Shown here: positions 1-15,590 of the stretch, piece by piece
Layout: each line of letters opens with the position of its first letter
Numbering within the stretch: position 1 is the stretch's first letter
DNA from: Eledone cirrhosa
Taxonomy: Eukaryota
Direction: 5' to 3'
Length of the DNA: 64,000 bases
NCBI GenBank assembly: GCA_964016885.1
Contig: OZ024751.1
Location: 50,158,001 to 50,222,000 of the forward strand
Notes under the pieces: model-generated
What the model saw: only the letters and a program-made list of their open reading frames with translations
Databases searched by the model: none
What the model was told of the DNA's origin: nothing
Translations under genes and position numbers: made by a program

Positions 1-238
1 AACCTGTTCCATGGGGATTGGTCTACTTTAAACTTTCCATTAATTCCTAAACAAATGAATGTGACTTAGAAAATAGTAGATAATAGCAATAATCAAGTTG
101 TCAGTCCATTAGAGGAAAAAACATTTTAACAACACAGCATCATGAATATATATATATATATATTCCATCTTAACGTTATAGTCACTTATATACTATGAAA
201 TACTGTTGGCTTCTGCTCACATTAATTTCTATATTTTC

Positions 239-305
<67 letters not shown>

Positions 306-460
306 TATATACATACAAATATGTATGTATATGTATATATAGATATAGATATAGATATAGATATATATGTATATATATATATATATATATATAGGTGTGT
401 GTGTGTATATATATATATATGTACATATATATATTATATATGTATATGTACATGTATATG

Positions 461-493
<33 letters not shown>

Positions 494-592
494 CTGTATG
501 TGTGTCTGTATGTGTGTGTATATATATGTATATATATATTATGTATATATATATATATGCAGATATAATATGCGTGTGTGTGTTTATATGTG

Positions 593-624
<32 letters not shown>

Positions 625-1235
625 GGGGGGCGGGCGTGTGCGTGTGTAAGTGTGTGTGTGTTATAACAGTAGTCTACATTATGTAGGCTTCTTTTGTCTG
701 GTTTCAGACGGGAGCAGGTAATGTTGTTAGAGATTACACAACATTTTCAGCCAAATTTTTTCTGCCAACAACTTTCGACATCGGAATAGATTTCAACTTC
801 GCCTTTCATCTTTTCAGTTTTGATATATATATAAAGTAAAATAATAATAATAATAATAATAATAACTTACAACTGAGATAACATTCTATTTCTCATCCTT
901 ATTTATTTCTAGCTTTCTCACTTTACTTCGAGATTATATTGACTTATATCTAACCTAGATGTCTGGGTGTTACAATCACACTCATAATTTTGTGGTTTCA
1001 ATTTCTGGACTGAGCGGCTCATTTTATTCCCGTTGATCCTTCTGCCATGAGCTGCGATCAGCTGGTAGTATCAGCTATGGAAAGACCAAAGGAAATAATG
1101 TTTCCTTAGTCAGATCTGACAATCGGCACCTTTCCTTTCACTGTTTTATCTGGATTAGATCTGGATTAGAATGGTCCCCATCCGTCATACTTAAACATCA
1201 GTACATTTTAAAAATGTAAAGATATGTATATATAT

Positions 1236-1280
<45 letters not shown>

Positions 1281-1431
1281 ATGTGTGTGTGTCTGTCTGT
1301 CTGTGTGTCTGTGTCTCTACGTGTGTATAAAAAATATGCAATGGTCAGAACGTGAATGAGTTTGACCACAGGAAGTGTTGGGCATGCCTAAAACAAGGTT
1401 GAAATGACACTTTCGCAGCAACAGCATATAA

Positions 1432-1467
<36 letters not shown>

Positions 1468-1542
1468 CGTGCAATTATACACATAGACACACAAATATAT
1501 ACACACACACACATATATATATGTATATATATATATATATAT

Positions 1543-2478
1543 ATATTGTTATACTTGGGGAGGGTCATATTTGTGTAATATTGCCAGAATTAATAACAGA
1601 AAACACTCACTGTTTGGTTGGTTTTCGCTTTTCGCTTCTGTGTCTTTTATATCGGTAATCTAATTTATTCGGTCCTCAATGTTGCCATTGACTGACTAAC
1701 GGTCAAAAATAATACAGATACAATATAGACACAAACACATATATATAGTTTATCAAAGGTCTTTCGTTGCACATCTGCAACATCGTCAGTGGTGCTATTG
1801 TTTCCTCCCGTTACATTGTATGTCTACGCCATTTTTATTTAGTCTGTCTATATATTTATTTATTTATTTGTTTGTTTGTTTATTTTATTTTGTCTACTTT
1901 GCGCATGCGTTTGCGTGTGTGTATAGTGTTTTGTTTGATGTGTGTTCGTGATTGGGTGACTGTGTATCGGTTAATGTATTCTATCTTTACTAGTGTGTGT
2001 TTATATGTGTTTGTTGTTATTGTGCTTGTGTATGTATTTATTTATTTATTTATCTATTTATTTATTTATTTATTTATACTTCTCTTAGGTCAGTGTTGTT
2101 TGTTTGGGTGTTGTTGTTATTCCATTCATTCTTTCTGTTTAGTCTTGGCCTTCTAAGTTCTATTTCACTGGCCTCTCTGATTTGCCTATCTGCTGGGTTA
2201 TTTCTATGTTTAGATATTATTCTAATTTCTATGTTGTCTATATTACCGTCGTGTTGTTGTCTGGCATGTTCGTATAGTACTGACCCGTTTTTTCGTCCTT
2301 TTAGTTCCCCCCAGTGTTGGTCTATCCTTTCACCTATGCTACGAGCTGTCTCGCCTATGTATGTTGTTGTCATGTTTCTGCAAGTACCCTCTGTACATCT
2401 TATGCTATAGACTACGTTTCTAGTTTTACAGTTTATCCGGGGGTTTACCTTACATATGATACATTTCCTATTAGTACA
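1543..2478 (-). mobile_element. 5'-truncated Penelope-like element, family A (GIY-YIG end plus 3' UTR/pseudo-LTR), in (TA)n
   Basis: Close match to 51086-52010. Ends at the same ...tataacaata boundary, lacks the 55-nt tail, and is flanked by (TA)n. Confidence 0.93.
2074..2478 (-). pseudogene. GIY-YIG endonuclease fragment of PLE family A
   Basis: YIGETARSIGERIDQHWGEL...REASEI...LNRKNEW, nearly identical to the C-terminus of ORF 51611-54409. Confidence 0.92.
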
Positions 2479-3202
2479 TATATATATTTGGTATATATAT
2501 ATACATATATATATTTCCTATTAGTACATATATATACATATATATATATATATATATGAGTAAATAAATGCATTCATAAGAAGTTACTGCAAGCAAGTAC
2601 ACATTTTTATTGTACAGTCTCAGCTGGAATAAGGAAGAACAGTTAATGTCTTAGCGATCATTTTTTAAATTCTATATCAAATGTGTTTTGTTTGGTTCGG
2701 GTTGGTAGGAAGCAGTCAATCTTATACAGAGAATGTTTGCTAGATATAGAACATAATGTTCTTAGCTTCATTTTCGAGCTTCGAAATCCTCAAAAAATAA
2801 ATTACCATTCCCACTGACATGAAACTACGAACAGAATAACAGAAATATTAATATTAAAATGACCATATATGGCAATGTGTAAATATCATTATAAATAAGG
2901 TTGGCATAAAAACTACATACCAGAAAAATGTGTTGATATATTTTTTGTTTTTGATTGTTTTCTTACTTTTCCTTTTTTTTTTTTTTTTTTTTTACAAACT
3001 TCAGATTTCTATTTGTTTGTTGTATTTATTTTATTTATATTTTATTCGAAATTTAGTCAAAATTCAACCAATAATACTCTGTTGTAGAATATTCTACCTT
3101 GTTCTATTGTTAATATTAATTTCGTCAGAAATACCATTGTCTTTTTGTTGACTTAATATTTAGTGAACAGACTATGATGCATCCGTACATTTCGTCCTAT
3201 GA

Positions 3203-3603
3203 AAAGTGGTTGTGTAGGTGTCATAACAAAAAGCCACCAGCCCACACTGTAAAGTGGTCGTGTATGTCTCACGACAAATAGCAACCAGCCAACACTGTAA
3301 AGTGGTCGTGTAGGTGTCATGACAAAAAACACCCAGACCACACTCTAAAGTGGTTATGTAGGTGTCACGACAAAAAGTAGTCAGCCCTCACTGTAAAGTG
3401 GTTGTGTAGGTGTCCGATAAAAAGCACCCAGTACTCATTATAAATGAGGTTGGCGTTAGGAAGGGCATCCAGCTGTAGAAACCAAACCAAAATCAGTTCT
3501 GTATTAGCAAGGCATGGTCACCGGCATAGCATTGCCCACAACAGGACAACATGTCTAACCCATGCTAGCATGGAAGAAAGGACGTAAAACAGTGATGATG
3601 ATG
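3203..3603 (+). mobile_element. SINE-like element with an internal ~48-bp tandem array and (GAT)n tail
   Basis: About 5 units of cacactgtaaagtggt(t/c)gtgtaggtgtca..aaaagc, then gttggcgttaggaagggcatccagctgtagaaac ... catgctagcatggaa..ggacgtaaaac..gatgatgatg. I recall this as an RTE-type SINE 3' end; not verified by search. Confidence 0.55.
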
Positions 3604-4017
3604 TAGAGCCATAACAAGTGCTGGTGGTTCTGCTGGTATTAATGATAATAGTAATAATTTGAACTCAGATCATAAAGGGCCGTAACTCTATGCTACAAAG
3701 TATGGCTTCTGACCCTCTACCGATACTGCCACTGAATACGATGATGATGATGCTAATGTTTCTAAGAAAGGCACAAACCAACAATTTTGGGGGAGAGTTA
3801 AAGTGGAATAAATTAACCCTTGTTCTTTATCAGTGTATTATTTTATCAACCCCGGAAGAATCAGAGGTTGACCTTGACAGAACATAAAGGGAGGTAACAA
3901 AAGTACTGCAATGCTTCATTTGATGCACTAAAACAACCCTCATTATTCATATAAAGAGTTTTAATCGAATGCAAGAACTCAGAATAGATACTCTAACACT
4001 TCAGCCAATCCACTGCC

Positions 4018-4075
<58 letters not shown>

Positions 4076-4189
4076 TTTCTTTATTAACCACTAGGGTTTA
4101 CATAAAGTAGACATTAAGGACAGTGCAGGACAATACAGGACGGTACAAATGGGCATTTCTGCGTGTAAAAAACAAAAGTATCACCTTTA

Positions 4190-4367
4190 TTTTCTACTTT
4201 TGGCATAAGGCCAGCAATAACCTTAGTGCATTACTGGTACTTTATTTTATCGACCCTGTAAGGATGAATGCAAAGTTAACCTCGGCGGGATTTGAACTCA
4301 GAGCGTAAAGGACCACAACTCTATGCTGCAAAGCATGGTGTCTGACGCTCTACCGATAGTGCCAAAC
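4190..4367 (-). mobile_element. tRNA-derived SINE (dispersed family S)
   Basis: Shares the core ggcacaaggccagca..actggtactttattttatcgaccc..aggatgaaaggcaaagttaacctcggcgggatttgaactcag with other copies. Minus strand has a B-box-like GAGTTCAAATC and an A-box-like TGGCANTATCGG. Adjacent to (AAT)n. Confidence 0.8.
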
Positions 4368-4368
4368 C

Positions 4369-4443
<75 letters not shown>
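4369..4443. repeat. (AAT)n microsatellite (another at 4019-4073)
   Basis: Direct reading. Confidence 0.98.
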
Positions 4444-5009
4444 TATGGTTTCTTTATTGGCCACAAGGGCCCAAGACGTTGGGAAGAGTACAAAGGCAAA
4501 AATACAAAAGCAAACAAGAAAGAGAAGAGTGGATGTATTTACATCGAATTATATGACAAGATCAACAAAAGATTAGACACATTACTAATTAGTCAATAAT
4601 AATAATTAGCAGATAAATATTATTAATAATTATAAAAAAAAAAATAAGTATTATCATTTTTATTATAGTCTTAATATAGAAAAGTAAATGTATGGATGTA
4701 TGTTTAAAGTTCTAGGCCCCTTAGGTAGATGAAATTTTGTATAGGGGTACAAAATTTCATGGAGAAGATCATTGATTATGTGACATTTTCTCATATTTTC
4801 TATTCACCTGGGTAATGCCTCTAGTTATTAATATTTTGGTATATTAATACACAAGCATAAGGTCACAAATAGAAACCATGACAATATATTACTTGCACTT
4901 GTGAATCCCTGGAGGAATGAAATGCAAAGGTGATACTCTGAACTCCATGTGATAAGTCTAACTGCTAATTAGTTTACTGAAACTGTACAAGATAAATCAG
5001 ATAGAAACA

Positions 5010-5085
5010 CTAACAGTGTTGAAAATATCTACGTCGGTCAAACTGGACGCCCTTTAAATAAGAATAAAAGAAGATTATTGACAAA
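5010..5085 (+). pseudogene. Ancient GIY-YIG relic of a PLE
   Basis: Translates as NIYVGQTGRPLNK, then frameshifted RIKE, matching the YxGQT.R.L..R.KEH motif. Short and degenerate. Confidence 0.45.
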
Positions 5086-6266
5086 TATTTGATCGGATTT
5101 TAACATCAAATGTCAAGAAGGTATAAACTTGTGTGATACAGAAATAGAAACCACATAATGATATGGAAAGTAGGTTCAAAAACCACAATGGAGATTTTGA
5201 GTAATCGAACTGGTTGTATACATAATGTAATATGAAGAAATGTGTGCCAATTATGGAGCCTCTGTGTTGTCAGTCAATGTAACAGAAACAGTATGTAATA
5301 GCAGCCACGTCACCCATAAATTACAATCGGCCATCTTAGCAAAAATTAGATACGGGACTGTGACAACCAGACTTCCTTTCGCCATAGATTTGTTTCCTCA
5401 GAGCTGACTAGGGACAAAACAACATCAATACATACTGAATAAACACATTAGAAAGCTTAAAATACACTGCAGCAGAATATGGCAGTCATTACTGAATATG
5501 GCTGTTGATACTGATAAAGGTATCTTGTTCCCTTAAGACGTCTTCGATTTATTGATAGATCTCCATGCTGTTGGTTTTAGCTGTAGTAGTACACACAGCC
5601 AATTATAATTTAGACAGGACGTTATTTTGCTCATGCGATTCACACTTGAATTAGAAATCAGAAGTGATGCAACAAGTACAGAAAGGAATTTTTTCATCTG
5701 CCTCTTTTATAATTCTGTTCATCCATTGCTTTGTAGTGGTATTTTATTTATCAATATGAACTAAATGTTCAGAGAGCTGGAACGAATGATGCAATGATTC
5801 TGCAAATTTGTTGCCTTTGAATACATAGATATCATTAAATATTACATCCATAATTCTGTCACCGGACAGTGGATAATACAATAAGTATTGCCATTGAAAA
5901 CCTGAAGTTAAATATAAATAATCTGTTGTGAACTATAGCTAGAGGTTTGTAAATACAAAACCAAACCCACATGAAGATTAGAAGAACAAAAGTTTGTTGA
6001 GTGTCAATAAATATAGTCGGTTGCTAGGCTAAAAGACACACTGTAGTTTCAAGTTATGACCCATATTTTGTTGAATGGATACAGCCCAAAGATGCAGATT
6101 TTTCCTCCATCTCATGGCAACTGAATGTATTGTCACTCAACATAAATTTCTGCTATGCTCTATTTCTATTGGTGCAGAGGTTGACCCTCACTATTTTCCT
6201 GGAAATCTGGATTTCACTCATATCAAAATATAGTGTAGTAAAGAATTAAAATGGATATTAATGGTT

Positions 6267-6479
6267 TCTTATATAGGCACAAGGCCAGCAATTTTGAGGG
6301 TAGGGGGAAAGTCGATTAAATCGACCCCAGTGCGGGACTGGTACTTTATTTTATTGACCTCGTGAGGATGAAAGGCAAAGTTAACCTCGGCGGGATTTGA
6401 ACTCAGATCATAAAGGGCCGTAACTCTATGCTGCAAAGCATGGCGTCCGACCCTCTACCGATACTGCCAATTCACCGCT
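6267..6479 (-). mobile_element. tRNA-derived SINE family S (most complete copy)
   Basis: Minus strand starts gcggtgaattggcagtatcggtagag (A box) ... ctgagttcaaatcccgccg (B box). Confidence 0.85.
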
Positions 6480-8166
6480 CTTTAAATGGATATTAATACT
6501 TGGTTCTGAATTTTAGTTTTGTTATTTTCATTTTTATGATTTTTTGATTTGTTGTTTTGTTCGTTTCTTCCTTTTATTTTCCTTCTGAATCTGAAATGAT
6601 GAACTAGAGAAGATTCAAGCAAGTAAGACTGTCCTGTACTCCTTCAGAGAGTTATTCTTATTATTTGTGTTTATCTGTTGGAATTCACCGATGATGTGTT
6701 GAGCCAGCTCCGGTGAGTGAGACCACTGTGGATTCAGTAAAATATCTAGTAATACGGGTTCAGTCGGTGATCCCCAGCAACGAGGATAATTGTCCCCATC
6801 TAGTTCAGTTATCTCTTGGGTTGTTTAATGATATAACATTCGTTTTGATGATGATCTTCAATTTACATTTCAAATTTCAAATTAGATATTTTCAAGTTTT
6901 GTGTTAGGGTTTCCAGTTTACAAACTAAATCTAAATTCCTTAGAATTAGAAGATTAAAAGTGTTAGTAAAGATATTAATACATATATGAAGAAATTGGTA
7001 TACATAAGAGGTCTTAAAATCTAATGATAGAGTTAGGTTTTAATTTTAGTATTAAGACTACCCTATCACACACACATACACATGGAGACTTCAGTTTGAC
7101 TTTTGTGTTCTGGGAATATTAATGTGGTTATTATATAGAGAGGCTGCGTAATATGGAAACTACTTAATATGACTGATGCAGTCGGATGGCATATGTTATC
7201 TCCATACTAGTAATTGGAGCTGGTTGGCTGAGGTTTAGATGAGAGGAGGATTGGGGTTATTTATTTTGAAGGATATTTTTTTATTTAATGTATGGCCGAT
7301 GTGCTGCATTTATGAGAGTAGGGTTGAATGATTTACATTTGCTTAGGTTCGTGCATAACATGGCTTTAGCTTATATTGCATTGGCAATGTAACATTATTG
7401 CATAAGATGCTGTCAGATGATGTAGCATGACTGGTTGCGTGATTGAAACATCACGTAGTCATGAACGCCATTGAAATATGTATCACAGCTTTATGAATAA
7501 AGTAATTTTGAACATCTACATTGAATGATCGCAATTATCCTTATTGTGCACATACGCCGTCACGGACTAACAAATTATATTTGGAGGAAAACACATGACG
7601 TTGAGTCCTTAACCCTTATTGCCTCATTATTCACTGACTAGTGGTGTGTTGCATACGCAGCCTGATTAGTCAATACGTTTACCATTATAATATATGTTTA
7701 TGTGTGTGTGTGACTGTGTATATATGTGTGTGTGTGTGTGCGTGTGTGTATATACATGTGTGTGTGAGTGTATGTATAAGTGTGTGTATGTGTGTATATG
7801 TGTGTATACGTGTGTGTGTGTGCGTGAGAGAGAGAGTGTGTATGTATATAGGAAAGTCACAGTTAGAAAACCAATGATGAGCACAACCTTTTCAATCACA
7901 GGATTATTCAAGATATTTTGCAACATGTGTGTCTGCATGTGAGCATGTGAGTGTGCATGTGTGTGTGAGCATGTGTTTATGCATGTGTGTGTGTGTTTTT
8001 GTGCATGTGTGTGTGATGTACGTGTGTGTTGTACGTGTGGGTGTATATGTATGTATGTGTATATAGCTTTTAATCTAACGTTATCTGGTGTTAAATGTAC
8101 CGCCATTATATTATATTGTTCTTCTATGTTGATTTCCTTGCTGATATTTCTTATATATAGCATATG

Positions 8167-8199
<33 letters not shown>

Positions 8200-8218
8200 G
8201 ATATGATATGTATGTATG

Positions 8219-8273
<55 letters not shown>

Positions 8274-8288
8274 ATATATATATATGTG

Positions 8289-8319
<31 letters not shown>

Positions 8320-8454
8320 ATATACATGTATATAAAAATAGGTTTGTATATATATATATATACATTATATATATTTCAATATAAACATGACAAAGATATA
8401 TATACATAAATATATATACATATATATATATATACGTATATATATATATATATT

Positions 8455-8516
<62 letters not shown>

Positions 8517-8901
8517 GAGTGTGTGAAGGCAGTGGGATAAAAAAATTACTTGCTAGATTTATTAATATATAGGTGAAGGACAGGTAAATAATAACCTTAT
8601 GCCTGAAGAATATAATAAGAAAACTAAAATGTTACGATGTCGTTCCTTTTCTTCCATCTTATATTAATGGCTTTTTCCTCCAGTTATTAGCATCTATATT
8701 AATGTATGTCTGATTTGTATTTTTAAATTTAACATTGAATTTTTTTAGATCAAATATCAATTGATATGTATACAGTATACAGTGTCATATATATGTATAC
8801 AGTATACAGTGTTATATATATATTCAAAGACTTCTTGTTAGAAGCCATTAAAACGATGTTATCCTAAGACACGAACAATAATCGATGTATACATACATAA
8901 T

Positions 8902-8933
<32 letters not shown>

Positions 8934-8949
8934 CATGTATATATACATA

Positions 8950-9014
<65 letters not shown>

Positions 9015-9386
9015 TATGTATGTATGCCTATATGCAGACTTTCACACACCTGTACATATACAAGCATAGAGCCGTATGTCGTATGATGTGTGTTGTACCT
9101 CTCCGATTACTCTCTCATACATGAATCACAATCACAATGACTTAACAATGATTCGTTTAATATAAAGAAGCCACAGAAATGCTGACATTATAAATCACAC
9201 TATTCTATTATAGTTTTCCTGTCACCAATTGAAAATTCAATAAATACTGTTATTAGCTATAGAGATCGGGGTTTGAAAAAAAATATATCGCGTTATCGCC
9301 AAACCTCAAAGAACGCTACTGAGAAAGCAATCATTTTTTTTTTTTTTGTTATTTTTACTAATACCATCTTAATATTATTTTGTTTT

Positions 9387-9715
9387 TCAATTAAATTTTG
9401 TAGCCAGCATGAGATGATGCCATTTTGTGATTTTCTCACCGGGTCTTTGCAAAGCCTCTCGCCACTGAATTAATTCCGAGTCCTCTGTGGCTTTAAAACC
9501 AAGTCTCACTTGGCCAATCATCTCATCGCTTCGCAAACGCTCGTGATCAAACACGGTAAATGTAATGCCTGTACATTGCAAAGTCTCTGGTTGCGGTGAA
9601 ATACTGAATTGAAACTTCTCGCAGAACACAGGATCCATACATTTCTTCTTAGTTTTTGTCTGGAATCTCTCTTTGATTTCACCATCCAAAGATAATTCTA
9701 CGCGAACATAAGGAT
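9387..9715 (-). CDS. Terminal coding exon of a synaptotagmin-family protein (second half of the C2B domain)
   Basis: Acceptor tttatttcag|AT CCT TAT GTT gives (D)PYVRVEL..KTKKKCMDPVFCEKFQF..TVFDHERLRSDEMIGQVRLG..QWREALQRPGEKITKWHHL..*. The DPYV, polybasic, P.F.E.F.F and IG motifs and the terminal WHxL are typical of synaptotagmin C2B. The intron splits the Asp codon (phase 1). Confidence 0.88.
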
Positions 9716-9877
9716 CTGAAATAAATAAATGGATAAATAAAAAAATTGTGAGTTGAGAATAAATGAAAAATTAAGTTCAGGCAAGATCAATGACAATAAG
9801 AAACATGAAATAATATTTCAGAAAGTAATACCATTAATACATCATCATCATCATCATCATCATGGTCATTATCATCC

Positions 9878-9940
<63 letters not shown>

Positions 9941-10894
9941 CAAAGTGTTAAAGCAATCAAATCTTAGTTTAATACATTTATTTGCTGACAATTGTTTCTT
10001 CCAGAGGTGTGTCATCGGAGCATAGGGAATGTCTAAATAGGTGATTGAAATCCTAGTCTTCAGAACATTTAGGTAGATACATAACTGTTGTCAGGACACT
10101 GTATTTGGAGAGTTTGGTCAACAGGTACAACTCAGAGTTGACCAGAACATCGTGGAATATAATATCTTGCTCATGGATACAATGCATAATTAGAAATCAA
10201 GCTCACAGCTTTACGATCACGAGCGTTAAATATCCTAACTACTAAGCCACATGCTTTCAAATGTCATTAAATACACATTTAAACACACACACACACATAT
10301 ATACATACATACATACATTATGCATACATACATAAACACACATACACACATACATACACACACACGTACATACATACATGCATGCATACATACATACATA
10401 CATACATACATACATACATACATACATACATACATACATACATACATACACATTGTCTCTGAGCACATCAATCTTTCCTGTTTATGGAGGAACATCTCAA
10501 AGGAAACTGAAATGAGTAATTAAATTAATGATGTCTCTCTTTCATCTGTCAAAAGTCTGGTTACCATTCCACAGAGATTTGCCCTTCTCCATCGTCACCT
10601 CTGCTCTCTCTCTCTCTCTATATATATATATATCTTTGTCTCTTTAACTCTCTGCTCTGTCTCTCTCCCATTTGATATATATATATATATATATATAATA
10701 CGTATACAGTTATATTTACTATATGTATGTGTATGTGTGTGTGTATGTGTGTGTGTGTGTGTATGTAACTTGTCAGAACTCTACTATTCATTCAATAGAG
10801 ATTTATTCATTATTTCAACTGGTTGACAGCCTCACACACACACACACACACACGCACACACACTCACAAACACACACACAGACAGACACCCACA

Positions 10895-10929
<35 letters not shown>

Positions 10930-11601
10930 CCTCATCTCTCTCTCCCACCTTATCTGAATTTCCCTCTCTCTCTCTCCCTCTCTATCTCTCTCTCACCTTA
11001 TCTGAATTTCTATCTCTCTCTCTCTCCCTCTCTCTCTCCCACATCTGAATTTCTATCTATCTATCTCTCCCCCTCTCTCTCTCTCTCTCTCCCACATCTG
11101 AATTTCTTTAATTTTTTTCACCTAACATTCTTACGTTCTCCGTTGCTCTATCATCTCTCTCACTGTCACTCTTAATCCCCCTCTCTCACTCAGTCTTTCT
11201 CTCACTCTCTCATTCTCTCTCATTCTCTCTCACTCTCTGCCTTTCACTCTCTCCTTCTCCTATTCTCTCACTCACTATCTTTCTCTCTATCTACCCGCCT
11301 CTCTCATTGTTCCTGTTACTTTTCTCTTCTGTCTTAAGCCTATACTAAATAATTCACTGGACATTCAACTTCTGGCTAATGCCAAAAAAGATTTTTAAAA
11401 AGCGACAGCATCACAAGGGACTAAAATACCATTAGTTACATTAATTCAATAAAATCTGTGGAGTTAGCGTTCTTTGAGGCGATTTTATTTGGTTTTGTTT
11501 TTTATAGTTCTTATTTTTTAATAACTGCTTTCTTTTATTTCTAAATTGTTCTTGTTGCTGTATCTGTTGACATTATTGTTGTATATATATATATATTGAG
11601 A

Positions 11602-11697
<96 letters not shown>

Positions 11698-11747
11698 CCA
11701 GAAAGAGGTTGTGACAGAGGTTGTAAAAGATTTATATATATATATAT

Positions 11748-11945
11748 AGTTATGTAATAAACAACATAAGGCAATTATTTCATTTACCAGTGGTTTCTTA
11801 AAAGCAAACAAATTTTGCTTTCAATCATCAGAATGAAAAAATCCTGGTGTATTTATTGGCGTTGGATTTTAAAAACAAAAATAAAATCTATATGAAAGTG
11901 AGGCTGGAAAAGGAAGAAGGAAAGGAAAAATAAAAACACACATGC
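11748..11945 (-). mobile_element. PLE pseudo-LTR fragment, family G (continues into a CA/TA tract)
   Basis: Homologous to 37532-37740. Shares the ttatgtaataaacaacataag terminus with the 20345, 38517 and 39061 elements. Confidence 0.75.
11778..11838 (-). ncRNA. Type I hammerhead ribozyme (complete core)
   Basis: Minus strand: UUUCAUU-CUGAUGA-UUGAAAGCAAA auuug UUUGCUUUUAA-GAAA-CCACUGG-UA-AAUGAAA. Stems I, II and III all pair. Confidence 0.85.
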
Positions 11946-13013
11946 AAACACACACCAACACACACACAATTATATACATACATATATATATATATATACA
12001 TGCACACATACATACACACATACATATATATACACACACACATATATATGTGTATATATATACATACACATACACATACACATACATACACAGATATATA
12101 TAAACATATCGATACATACACATACATACAAATACACAAACGTGCGTACACACACACACACATATATATACATGCATATATATACATATATACATAAACA
12201 TATATATATACATACATACACACACATACATATATATACACATATATATATATATATGTACACATACATATACATACATATATACATACACATACATACA
12301 TACACACAATCATACGTATATACACACGTACATACATACACATACTCTTACACATACACATACATATACAAATACATATACACATACATACGCATACACA
12401 TATACATACACACACACACACATATACATATATACACACACATACATATATATATGGATATGTATGTGTATGTATATATATATATATATATACATACATA
12501 CATATCCATACATACATACACATACATATACATACATATCACAAACACATACATACAAATACAAACACACACATATGTATGTGTGTAAAACTCATTCTTA
12601 GATATATTCATATGAACCTTGTTTAACTCTAAAATATATATATATACATATATACATTTACATATATATATATATATATATACCTACACACACATATACA
12701 TACACATACGTATGCATACATACATTCACACACACACACACATATAATTATATGTATATATAAGAAAGAACATAAATATTATATAAAAAACCTAAATATT
12801 GTATATATAAAAATAAAAATAAAAATAAAAATAAAAATAAAAATAAAAATAAAAAGTTGGGAATACGACAAATAATAAATTAAAAAAATATATTTTGAAA
12901 AGGGTATAAATGTTTATAGCGGATTTAGAGCACTCAACAAGTTCCTGGAGCAAATGATCAATGAAAATAAGCATTAAATCACTGTATGTAATTATGCATA
13001 TACATACACACAT

Positions 13014-13148
<135 letters not shown>

Positions 13149-13317
13149 CACACACATACACAACCACAGAAATACACACACACATACATATACGTATATA
13201 TATATATACACACACATAGCAAAAAGTCTGACCCCACGGCTGGGCTCAAGCCGTTTCTGAGGCTATTATATATATACACACAAAACCATTATATAAATCT
13301 TATACATATATATATAT

Positions 13318-13397
<80 letters not shown>

Positions 13398-14544
13398 TCA
13401 TTATAATCACGATATTCAATAACTAATTCAGACATAATTCTTTTTCTTTCTGAAAATCATTAGACATCATTTCCCAGTTAAATTTAGAACCTGAAGCAAC
13501 GAAAAATGATGTGAGATTTTTATTAGAATATTTCGAAAATTATTAAACAAAAATCATTCATTGTTATATTATCGATTTTCTTCTCTGCTATCACCCACTC
13601 CTTTCTTTTCTTTTAGTTCTCTTTAGTTTCTCTCGTATTTGCCCCCACTTTTTACCCCGATTCTGGCTTCCATCAATATAAACTATTTCTAGCAATATAA
13701 ACGGTGGAATTATTATTTTGAAAGAGAAGAAGTACATTATACCAAGCGATAAAATACCAGCCAACTACTGGGGTCGATATAATCAACTTTCCCTTCGCAA
13801 CAAACTGGCTCATCGGGTGCCAAAACTAGAAATTGTTATCTTAGTATACTAATCGTGAAAGCATCTGACAATATGCTTTGCATTAGATCTTTTCGTGTCT
13901 TACGTTCTGTCTTACGATTCTGCTATAAACTTTGTCTTCCATTTCGATAAAAGTAAATGAAATAAACCACAAGCCAGGACTGGTACTACATTTATGGAAC
14001 ACAATTGTAAGAAATCCAAAGTTGACCACGGTGTGGTTTGAATTTAGACCGCTGAGAACGGGAACAGATAAGACATGATATTTTACCCAACACTGTAAAT
14101 ACTCAAACCAAACGCTGCTAAAATATCTTTAATTATCCTTCTATTTAAAAAATAAACCTCTTCCAAGACTGAGCTGTTGCTAATTTCGTCAGTTTTATAT
14201 AGGCTACATGTGGTTTCATATGATTGCACGAATCCCGTTTGTGTATGACAATGAAGATCGCCAAATGTTAGAGACATGCTGGAAGAATTTATATACTGAA
14301 ATAGAAAACGTGAAGTCATCAGTCTGCCGGACGAACATTATTATTGTTTTAGGAAGAAGGATTAGTCAGAGTAATAACCCCCTGAACTTTGCTAAGAGCG
14401 GACAATTGATTTGAGAATAGTGTCTATAGTAACTAAACTGATAGAAAGACAATACAAAAGATGTGTGAGGCGATAGTCAGGAAAAAGAGTACAATAGACT
14501 AAAGTGATTTAATTACTACCACAATAACTCATAATTATCCCAAC

Positions 14545-14610
<66 letters not shown>

Positions 14611-14774
14611 CTCTCCCTCTCTCTCTTTCTCTTTCTCTTTCTCTTTCTCTCTCTCTTTCTCTTTTACAGAGTAATAGGGAAACGACGTAATACGACGGAT
14701 GCCGCCTGATGACGTTCATCGTCCGCTCCCAATAATTGCTGCAGGTTGGTTTTTGTTTTACTGTAAGAGCAAGT

Positions 14775-14960
14775 GGTGTTGTGTGGTGCAGTTTGGTGTG
14801 GTGTAGTGTGGTGTAGTGTGGCGTGGTATGGTGTGGTTTGGTGTGGTGTGGTGTAGTGTGGTGTGGTGGTGTGTGGTATGGTGTGGTGTGGTGTGGTGGT
14901 GTGTGGTGTCGTATGGTGTGGTGTGGTGTGGTGTGGTGAGGTATGGTGTGGTGTGGTACG
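14775..14960. repeat. (GTGTG)n pentanucleotide repeat
   Basis: Direct reading. Confidence 0.9.
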
Positions 14961-15534
14961 GTTTTGGAGGACGTGTTTGAATTTAATTTTGGCCTAGTGC
15001 AGTGTGTGTATGACGGGTGGGGCTAGTTGTAATAGTTGGGTTTGTATTTGCTTGAGTAAATGAATAGCGTGACTTTGATATAGATTTGTTTACTTTCTAG
15101 TTCAAGCATTTGACGGTCTTCGTTATATATATATATATATGCGTGTGTGTTGTGTGTGTGTTGTGTGTGTGTGTTGTGTGTCTGTGTGTGTGGTAGAGGA
15201 AAAAAACAAAGAAAAACAACACGAGGGAACAACACAATACATTACATTAAACTAATATATATTAGTTTAATGCTTGATATATTAAAATAGGAAAAGGCAC
15301 TCAATGTTTCGGGCGTTAGTCTTTCATCGAAAAAGAAAGTAGAATGATAGTGAGAGTAATAAATGGAAGAAAAAGTGAAAAATCCTTTTCAGGGGAAAAC
15401 ACGTATGTCCTTAGTCAGCCATTTTGGAAAAGTGTAGATTAGAACAGAACTTATATATTAAAGAATTATAGAGGGGAGTAAAGCATCGTAGAATTAGAAT
15501 TTCTTTTTCCCTCTTTCTCTACAGCTATCTATCC

Positions 15535-15590
<56 letters not shown>

